Origin: Dehalococcoidia bacterium
GTDB lineage: Bacteria > Chloroflexota > Dehalococcoidia > UBA6926
Length of the DNA stretch: 64,000 nucleotides
Direction of reading: 5' to 3'
Assembly: GCA_965237465.1 (NCBI GenBank)
Contig: OZ250138.1
Span: forward strand, 1,340,110 to 1,404,109
Shown: positions 57,628-64,000 of the stretch, one piece after another
Layout: every line of letters starts with the position of its first letter
Position numbering within the stretch: the stretch's first letter is position 1
Notes under the pieces: generated by a model
Seen by the model: only the letters and a program-made list of their open reading frames with translations
Database searches by the model: none
Told to the model about the DNA's origin: nothing
Position numbers and translations under genes: made by a program

Positions 57628-58388
57628 TGGCGACGCAGCACGATGGCGACAGCCGACCAGCGTGGACGGCCGACATCGTCATCCCTGTGTACAACGAGGA
57701 ACATTCCCTGCCCGGCTGCCTTGAGACCCTGCTGCCATTCTGTCGCGAACACCTAGCGGACTACCAATGGCGCGTCGTCATTGCCGATAACGGATCCATT
57801 GATGCGACGCATGAAGTGGCATTGGGCCTGCAGGGGCAGTATCCGGATGAGGTCGGCGTGACCCACCTGGATCAGAAGGGGCGAGGGCGGGCGCTCAAAC
57901 GTGTGTGGCTGGAAAGCGAGGCGGACATTCGCGCCTATATGGATGTCGACCTCTCCACAGACATCAACCGGATCCCCGACCTGCTTGGCGCGATCGCCGA
58001 GGGGCACGACGTTTCCACAGGCTCCCGCCTCAAGCGAGGCGCGGAGACGACGCGCTCCTTCAAGCGGGAATTCGTCTCGCGTTCATACAACCTGATCATC
58101 AAGGCCATGTTCTGGAATCACTTCTCGGACGCGCAATGCGGATTCAAGGCCATCAGCCGCAGGGCCGCCGAGGACCTGATCCCCCTGGTCAAGGACAACG
58201 CCTGGTTCTTTGACACGGAGCTTCTGCTCCTTGCGGAGAAGAACGGCTACCGCATCGCCGACATACCCGTCAGCTGGCGCGAGGACACCGACACGCGCGT
58301 AAAGATCGCCTCCACCGCAATGGAAGACTTGAAAGGCTTGGCGCGTTTGAGGTTTGGCGGGATGCCGAGGGTGGGGAACAGGGAGTGA
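57627..58388 (+). CDS. family 2 glycosyltransferase (polyprenyl-phosphate hexosyltransferase-like), paralog of 5759..6505
   Basis: ADIVIPVYNEE, DNGSIDAT, DVD and QCGFKAI. ATG overlaps the purH stop (ATGA). Confidence 0.8.
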   Translation: MATQHDGDSRPAWTADIVIPVYNEEHSLPGCLETLLPFCREHLADYQWRVVIADNGSIDATHEVALGLQGQYPDEVGVTHLDQKGRGRALKRVWLESEADIRAYMDVDLSTDINRIPDLLGAIAEGHDVSTGSRLKRGAETTRSFKREFVSRSYNLIIKAMFWNHFSDAQCGFKAISRRAAEDLIPLVKDNAWFFDTELLLLAEKNGYRIADIPVSWREDTDTRVKIASTAMEDLKGLARLRFGGMPRVGNRE

Positions 58389-58394
58389 CTAGCC

Positions 58395-59858
58395 CTAGCT
58401 GTTCAGCTGGGCGAGGAGATACTCTTGTGGGCGGTCACCCTTAATGCGGTTGCAATGGGAACAAAGAAGTTGGAGGTTGTCCAGGTGGTCCGTCCCGCCT
58501 CGTGAACGCGGAACGACATGATCCACTTCCATAACTTTGAATGGGAAATCCATCTTACACCCTGAGCAGCGGCCTTCCTGTTGTCCATAAAGAACGTGCC
58601 TGTTCTTGCGGTAATGGATAGGCGCGCCAATATCTGTCCGCCGCGGGATGTCTGTCCGAGCCGTTACCAACCGGTCGTGAAATAGGCCGCCCATGGACTG
58701 TCGCAGCCGGTGATTCACGAGTTCAGTCGCCTTCGGCGATATATCTACGCCAACCCATTGTCGGCCCAAGTTCTCGGCTGCCACACATGCGGTAGCGCAA
58801 CCGCAGAAGGGGTCCAGTACAACGTCACCCTCATTGCTTGAAGCGAGAATAACGCGCTCAAGCAACGCCAAGGGCTTCTGTGTTGGGTAGCCAATTCGCT
58901 CATTACCCAAAACGGGCGCAATATCATCCCACAAGTCCTGGAGGGGAACCCCGGGCATGTCCACTGCGAATTGCATTAGCCGTGGCATTCCGGTCTCCCT
59001 GTGAACCAACTTTCCGTGATTCCAGAATGCGACCAGATTAGACATCGAATACGCCCAAAATCTGCCACTGTATGGGACTACAGCCTTGTACTCCCAACCT
59101 GGCTGAGGAATTTGGAACTCGTTGCTTAGGTCGGCCATCCACCTAGTCTTCTTATGCAGGGGCCGCTTGACGTGCCATTCATATGCTGTGTCGCCACCAG
59201 GCTTTGCGGCAGTTACGTCGGTCTCTTTATACCGCCGGCCGTCAGGAGCGGTGTGTCGGTATTCTGCTTGCAAGTAATCGTCCGTGTATGACATATATTG
59301 CGGGTTCCAAGTGTATTTGTGGGCCCGTGTATAGACCAGCAAGACATCTCGTATCTTGCCCGCCCTGCGCATTCCCTGCCTTGTGTCACTGTGGGCGCTG
59401 GAGCGTTTCCATGTCATCTCATTCAGGAACAGGCGAGAGCCGAATATCGCGTCCATCAAGAGCTTGAGGTAGTGCGAAGCAGTGGGGTCGCAGTGCAGAT
59501 AGATGCTCCCTGTCGGCTTGAGAATGCGGCGCAGCTCAAGCAGTCGGACGGCCATCATGCACAGGTAAGACTGCATTCCCTTGCCGTGCGTCAGGCTGGA
59601 TGCCTCAATAGTCCGGTAGATGGCGGGCTGCTCGTCGGCAATTAGTCCCATCCACGCGACGTCAAGGTCAGAAAGCGTCCATGCGTCCTTGAATGCGGCG
59701 CCGGCTGCCTTGCTACCCACGGGCGCCTCATAGTTGCGGTTGGAATTAAATGGCGGGTCGAGGTAGATGAGGTCGACTGTTTCCGAGTTCACGCCTCGAA
59801 GGACATCCAGGTTGTCCCCCGTCCAAATTGTCCTGTTCGTAAAGTTCGGCTCTGCCAT
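58395..59858 (-). CDS. beta-class DNA methyltransferase fused to a C-terminal HNH endonuclease domain
   Basis: N-terminal MTase core paralogous to 7753..9516 (identical block SIYLHCDPTASHYLKLL; DPPFNSN; YPTQKP; DPFCGCAT). C-terminal ~70 aa CSGCKMDFPFKVMEVDHVVPRSRGGTDHLDNLQLLCSHCNRIKG = HNH motif. Lower-GC patch. Confidence 0.8.
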   Translation of the reverse strand: MAEPNFTNRTIWTGDNLDVLRGVNSETVDLIYLDPPFNSNRNYEAPVGSKAAGAAFKDAWTLSDLDVAWMGLIADEQPAIYRTIEASSLTHGKGMQSYLCMMAVRLLELRRILKPTGSIYLHCDPTASHYLKLLMDAIFGSRLFLNEMTWKRSSAHSDTRQGMRRAGKIRDVLLVYTRAHKYTWNPQYMSYTDDYLQAEYRHTAPDGRRYKETDVTAAKPGGDTAYEWHVKRPLHKKTRWMADLSNEFQIPQPGWEYKAVVPYSGRFWAYSMSNLVAFWNHGKLVHRETGMPRLMQFAVDMPGVPLQDLWDDIAPVLGNERIGYPTQKPLALLERVILASSNEGDVVLDPFCGCATACVAAENLGRQWVGVDISPKATELVNHRLRQSMGGLFHDRLVTARTDIPRRTDIGAPIHYRKNRHVLYGQQEGRCSGCKMDFPFKVMEVDHVVPRSRGGTDHLDNLQLLCSHCNRIKGDRPQEYLLAQLNS

Positions 59859-59866
59859 GCAACACT

Positions 59867-60610
59867 CTACGCCGCCGCCGGCATCTCTTGCCAGACTCTC
59901 CCGTCGATGACGGCCTCATTGCCGGAGCGCTTGCCGCGGCGGCCGCCCCATTGCTTGAAGAAGAAGTCCACGTCCGCATCGGTGGACTGGTCGCGTAGGG
60001 CGAGGGCCCACTCTTCTTCCATCGGACGCGCACGCGGGCCGCTCTCGCCTCCCGCAATGACCCACTGGAGCGTGTCGTCCTCCAACCAGCGTGTCAGATC
60101 CAGCGACCCCAGCAGAGGCTCCGCGGAAACGAAGCGGATGCGAGCCGGTATGCGCCCTAATACCGTTAGGCGTGGGGCGTATTTCTGGTTTTCAACCGAT
60201 GTGCCGATCCACACGTTGGCTGGCCACTCGTCAAATTCTCTCGTCCCGCACTTGTCCCACCACCCCACCGCACGGCCCGGTCGCTTGGTCAAGACCTGAA
60301 ATATGTGCTGTGGCGCCCGCCGCATGACGTCAAAGACTTGCGACACGAATTCAAACGTAACGTGCGGATGGAAAAGGTCGGACATGCTGTTCACAAAGAC
60401 GCGGCGAGGTGTCTTCCACGACAATGGCGCGTTCAGGCGGTTCGGTAGCATCTGCACGATGTCCGGCGCGGCCTCATACCCGGGCACGCCCATCGCGTGG
60501 AGGCGTGGATAGAGAGCAAACATGTAGCAGTTGTCGCAGCCGGGGGAGACGCGAGTGCAGCCAGTGACCGGATTCCACGTCTCATCTGTCCACTCGATTG
60601 ACGACGCCAT
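59867..60610 (-). CDS. phage Gp37/Gp68-like (PF07505-like) three-Cys-motif protein
   Basis: Start at ATG 60608-60610 with AAGGGGAGG upstream. N-terminus MASSIEWTDETWNPVTGCTRVSPGCDNCY matches the family's IEWT...WNP..GC....GC..CY signature. 8-nt gap to the MTase-HNH gene on the same strand. Confidence 0.65.
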   Translation of the reverse strand: MASSIEWTDETWNPVTGCTRVSPGCDNCYMFALYPRLHAMGVPGYEAAPDIVQMLPNRLNAPLSWKTPRRVFVNSMSDLFHPHVTFEFVSQVFDVMRRAPQHIFQVLTKRPGRAVGWWDKCGTREFDEWPANVWIGTSVENQKYAPRLTVLGRIPARIRFVSAEPLLGSLDLTRWLEDDTLQWVIAGGESGPRARPMEEEWALALRDQSTDADVDFFFKQWGGRRGKRSGNEAVIDGRVWQEMPAAA

Positions 60611-60700
60611 GTTCCGCCTCCCCTTAGCCGCAGCTCTTGTTACGACGTGAAAGTAGCACATCCGATCTATCTCGTCAAGGCGAGGTGGATCGCGCTGTGC

Positions 60701-61027
60701 TTAGCCGCCGCTGCCGGGTGGAGGCAGGAAGGCGATTAGGCCGCTAAGGGCCAACGCCAGGGCGAGAAAGGCCATGACGGCAAAGACCATTATCTGGCTG
60801 AAGCTGGGCCGCTGGCCCTTCTTGCGCCGCGCGCCGCGTTGACGGGTATCGTTGCGCATCCCGGGAGGCGCCGCCGCCTGAACCCTCGCAGGCACACGCA
60901 TGCGCTCGATAAATGAAGGGCGGCCGCCCTCTATAGCGTCATTGGGTCCCGGCGTCGGGCCGCGTCCTCGCTTGCCTCCGCCGCCGCTATTGCCCGGCCG
61001 AGGCGTCTGTCCTCGTCTCCTACTCAT
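60701..61027 (-). CDS. hypothetical small basic protein with C-terminal TM helix
   Basis: 108 aa. Arg/Gly-rich N-terminus and hydrophobic C-terminus (IMVFAVMAFLALALALSGLIAFL). ATG overlaps the tilS stop (ATGA at 61024-61027), suggesting it is translated. Confidence 0.4.
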   Translation of the reverse strand: MSRRRGQTPRPGNSGGGGKRGRGPTPGPNDAIEGGRPSFIERMRVPARVQAAAPPGMRNDTRQRGARRKKGQRPSFSQIMVFAVMAFLALALALSGLIAFLPPPGSGG

Positions 61028-62511
61028 GACCTAATAGTACCTTGAATCGCCCGATTCGTTGAGCCATCTCCTGGTCCTGCGGCGACGGCAACGCCCGCGA
61101 GCCACAGAATCTCACCAGTCGCATTATCGCAGACCACAGGGATGTGATCCCGCCACGCCCGCGGAACCTTCAGATCCGTCAATACATCCTGCACCTTTCT
61201 CGAGCCCCCCGTCAGCCGAATGCGGTCGCCGCGTTGCCGTCGGCGCACTGAAAACATGAAGGGTGATCCAGACAGCGGTAGAGTAGCAGTCAACGGCCCT
61301 GAAAGCCGATCAACGCCGTCGCCCTTTGCCTCCACCGTGACGCCATGTTCCGACGAGGGGCGCGCTGTCAGCTCCCAATCCCCGGCGCGCGTCAGGCCTG
61401 GCACGCATAGCACGGCAGGCGAAAGTCGCGGCAAGGGAACGGGCAGCGGTCCAATGGATAGCGCCGCCTCTTCACTGCTCACGCGGGTCATTCGCAGGCC
61501 GCGCGGCAGGTCCAGTTGGGCCCCGGTCCGTCCAGTCATCAGGAGATCATCCATCGCCGTCCAGTGTGCCCGACTCAGCCCTTCAGTCGAGCCGTTCAAA
61601 GAAGACACCGCATGTTCCAGGACGTTGTGCCTGAGGACGGCGTGACCGCCTGCGTAGGTCACAGGGTCGATCCGAACGGCGTTGGCGTCAGCGTCAACGG
61701 CCAGCACTGCCGCCCGCACGGATTCCGCCTGCCCCTCGACGTACTGGAGCGTGCTTCGGGCGTCTGCCGAGGCGCGCAGCACTGCCTCGGACGCCCCGCG
61801 TCTGATCTCCTCCAGGAGCGGCGCGAGCTCATGCCGTATGCGATTGCGCGAGTGGGCGGGATCGCGATTCGATGGATCATCGCGAGGCCGGAGGCGCCTG
61901 GAGGCAATGTAGTCGCTGATGTCCGAACGCGGCAGGTTGAGCAGCGGACGCAGCAACGAGATCCGAGCTTGGTCCGACTGACCATCCGAGGCTGACTGGA
62001 ACGGTGACGCGGCCACGGCCGCCATGCCGGCAAGGCCCCGTAAACCTGTCCCCCGTAGAAGATTCAGCAGCACCGTTTCGACCTGATCATCCGCATTGTG
62101 GCCGAGCACGATCACCTCTGCGTTCATGGCGGTGGCTGCATCAAGATAGGCTGCATGGCGGGCATTCCGGGCCGCCTCTTCAATGGACGTTCGGTCAAGC
62201 TCGCGCAACGCAGGAACATCAACATGTCGAACCGATACCGGCACGCCCCACCTGGCGCCGAGTCGTCGGACGTAGGCAGCATCACGTCTTGATTCAGGCC
62301 GCAGAGCGTGGTCGACATGGATCACATGCAGATCAAGCCGGCAGTCCTCTCGCAGCTCGACGAGAGCGGACATGAGGGCAGTGGAATCGGGGCCGCCGGA
62401 GACGCCCACCAGTAGGCGCGCGCCGCGTCCCGCGTAGCCGCGCCTTGCCAGCATGTCCCGCACATGACCCACAAGTCTGTGTTCGCCGCCTGGCCCGGGA
62501 TTACGCGCCAT
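61024..62511 (-). CDS. tilS: tRNA(Ile)-lysidine synthetase
   Basis: PP-loop LVGVSGGPDSTAL, HVDHALRPES, C-terminal TilS substrate-binding domain. Confidence 0.85.
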   Translation of the reverse strand: MARNPGPGGEHRLVGHVRDMLARRGYAGRGARLLVGVSGGPDSTALMSALVELREDCRLDLHVIHVDHALRPESRRDAAYVRRLGARWGVPVSVRHVDVPALRELDRTSIEEAARNARHAAYLDAATAMNAEVIVLGHNADDQVETVLLNLLRGTGLRGLAGMAAVAASPFQSASDGQSDQARISLLRPLLNLPRSDISDYIASRRLRPRDDPSNRDPAHSRNRIRHELAPLLEEIRRGASEAVLRASADARSTLQYVEGQAESVRAAVLAVDADANAVRIDPVTYAGGHAVLRHNVLEHAVSSLNGSTEGLSRAHWTAMDDLLMTGRTGAQLDLPRGLRMTRVSSEEAALSIGPLPVPLPRLSPAVLCVPGLTRAGDWELTARPSSEHGVTVEAKGDGVDRLSGPLTATLPLSGSPFMFSVRRRQRGDRIRLTGGSRKVQDVLTDLKVPRAWRDHIPVVCDNATGEILWLAGVAVAAGPGDGSTNRAIQGTIRS

Positions 62512-62520
62512 CGTCTTGTC

Positions 62521-63168
62521 CTAGCCGGCGTCGGCGACAGGAGGAGGCATGACGTTGAGGCTCGTCAGCGCCCAATGCACCTCATCCGCAGGTCCGATGA
62601 CATTCGCGGTTCGAGAGACAAGCAGGCTCACCGAACCGGGCCCCAAACGGAGCCTCCCGTAGTTGGCGAGCGGCATCCCAAGCGCTCTGCACATCATCGA
62701 GTAGATGGCAAAGGCATGGGACACCAGAATGATATTGGCGTTCGGCTCGTGCGAGCGAGTGATGGACTCAACCAGCGCCCACGCGCGATCCTGCAGAGCG
62801 CGCAGCGTCTCGCCTCCGTCGGGAAAGACCGCGGTCTCCGGATCACGCGTCCAATGTTCGAAAAAGTCCGGGTATAGGCTACGCATTTCACGGAGGGGCG
62901 CGCCGTCAAGCCCGCCGAAATCCAGCTCCAGCAGGGCATCGTGGCCCGTGGCCTCAAGGCTGTGCGGCGCCGCGATTACATCCGCAGTCTGTCTTGCTCG
63001 TTTCGCACTGCTTGAGAAAATCGACGTGATGGGCGTGGTTGCAAAGTGGGCGCTGAGCGCCTGCGACTGCGCGCGTCCTTGATCGTTCAGCGAGATGTCC
63101 GCGCGACCCTGCGCCCGCCCCTCGCGATTCCAATCAGTTTCGCCGTGGCGAATCAGATAGAGATTCAT
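62521..63168 (-). CDS. histidine phosphatase (phosphoglycerate mutase) family protein
   Basis: Start at ATG 63166-63168 (MNLYLIRHGETDWN, RHG catalytic motif; GGAAGGG upstream). The caller's 33-codon N-terminal extension is unlikely. Confidence 0.75.
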   Translation of the reverse strand: MNLYLIRHGETDWNREGRAQGRADISLNDQGRAQSQALSAHFATTPITSIFSSSAKRARQTADVIAAPHSLEATGHDALLELDFGGLDGAPLREMRSLYPDFFEHWTRDPETAVFPDGGETLRALQDRAWALVESITRSHEPNANIILVSHAFAIYSMMCRALGMPLANYGRLRLGPGSVSLLVSRTANVIGPADEVHWALTSLNVMPPPVADAG

Positions 63169-63214
63169 GCCGCCCTTCCCGTTCCGACTGCGCGCGCGGA
63201 GCGCGGCGGGCGCA

Positions 63215-64000
63215 TCATTGCGTGTCCTCTGTTCGCACGGTGACTTCATCAATCCGCGCACCCTGCATGTGGTCCACCGTGATGGAGTAGGAGCCGTGCA
63301 CGACTACATCTCCCTCTTCCGGGATTCGGCCCAACTGCTTGAGCACAAAACCCGCAATGGTCTCGTATTCGCCATCACCGTCCGGCAGGTGAATGTCCAG
63401 CTGCTCGGCAAGTTCCTCAATGTGGAGTATTCCATCCACGCGCACCGTGCGCTCATCCACGGCCTGGAACGCCTGCGGGTCGCCGGGATCGTCAACGCGG
63501 CCGACTATCAGCTCGATGACCCTGCTCAACGTGACCAGTCCGGATATTTCCCCAAACTCATCAACAACCATCACCATGCGGGAGCGATGCGCCCGCATCT
63601 CATCCATCAGGTCATCAATGCGCTTTGTCTCCGGCACAAAGTGGGTGTCCCTCAGGTCAGTCGTCACTGAGCTGTTCATGGTGAGCGGTCCGGTCGCGTG
63701 CTTCTGGAGGACCGTCTTGATGGACAGAATGCCCGCGACGCCAACGGGGTCCTCCGCCGCAACGGGGAAATGGGAATGCGTGTGCTGGGCGTAGACTTCC
63801 AGAAACTCCGCCAGCGTGGTCCCGTTGCGCACCCAGACGATCTCCGTCCGCGGCGTCATAACCTCACGGACCATGCGGTCCCCGAATTCGAACACCTTCT
63901 GAACGAGTTGCGCTTCTCGCTCTTCCACCGTGCCCTCTTCAACGCCGGTGCGCACGAGCGTGCTCAACTCGCTCAGATCCACCAGAGTGTGCCTCCTGCC
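63215..64000 (-). CDS. CorC/HlyC family protein (CBS pair + transporter-associated domain), N-terminus outside window
   Basis: Two CBS motifs (VREVMTPRTEIVWV..., RSRMVMVVDEFGEISGLVTLSRVIE) and a CorC_HlyC C-terminal domain. Frame remains open to the window edge, so the DUF21 membrane part probably lies beyond 64000. Confidence 0.7.
   Translation of the reverse strand, partial: GRRHTLVDLSELSTLVRTGVEEGTVEEREAQLVQKVFEFGDRMVREVMTPRTEIVWVRNGTTLAEFLEVYAQHTHSHFPVAAEDPVGVAGILSIKTVLQKHATGPLTMNSSVTTDLRDTHFVPETKRIDDLMDEMRAHRSRMVMVVDEFGEISGLVTLSRVIELIVGRVDDPGDPQAFQAVDERTVRVDGILHIEELAEQLDIHLPDGDGEYETIAGFVLKQLGRIPEEGDVVVHGSYSITVDHMQGARIDEVTVRTEDTQ

Noticed and set aside
1-64000. CRISPR arrays, transposases, integrases, prophage structural genes
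   Set aside because: No direct-repeat/spacer periodicity and no ORF with transposase or integrase motifs was seen. The only mobile-like features are the REP-like palindromes and the composite at 52117-52225.

Overview
High-GC (roughly 65-70%) bacterial chromosomal segment, densely coded on both strands, with many 4-nt ATGA/GTGA start-stop overlaps. Housekeeping core: argH C-terminus, rpe, thrB-lysC, a Dpp/Opp-like ABC importer followed by a tRNA-Trp/Leu/Cys cluster, HU, the riboflavin operon (dcd-ribD-ribE-ribBA-ribH), purF-purM-purH, tilS, a DrrAB-like ABC-2 exporter, an MFS transporter and a hydantoinase/oxoprolinase hyuA-hyuB pair. On top of this sit accessory and unusual elements. (1) Three candidate selenoproteins, each with an in-frame TGA exactly where the first Cys of a CxxC motif is expected. 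Two are tandem TlpA/thioredoxin-like lipoproteins (W-U-P-T-C) translationally coupled to hyuB, each with a conserved hairpin 11 nt after the UGA. The third is a DUF3179 protein (W-U-P-L-C). (2) A 1695-aa single ORF fusing a DEDDh exonuclease, a RecQ-type SF2 helicase and a UvrD-type SF1 helicase. (3) Two paralogous beta-class DNA methyltransferase cores with different C-terminal nuclease domains. One is MTase-Mrr, inside a lower-GC island with an HExxH membrane protein. The other is MTase-HNH, co-operonic with a phage Gp37/Gp68-like three-Cys protein in another lower-GC patch. (4) A family of about 26-nt REP-like palindromes (CGTCATTCCGGCGAAAGCCGGAATCC, five copies), two of which flank a perfect 14-bp hairpin to form a MITE-like composite. 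(5) A collagen-like GXY-repeat lipoprotein. (6) Two adjacent secreted proteins (a family-5 SBP and a BNR/Asp-box protein) sharing a C-terminal GGC-TM-poly-Arg sorting tag. Two genes (queG and a low-GC gene at 48.8-50.4 kb) are broken by frameshifts that sit in short homopolymers, so single-base assembly indels cannot be excluded. No CRISPR array, transposase or integrase was recognised.
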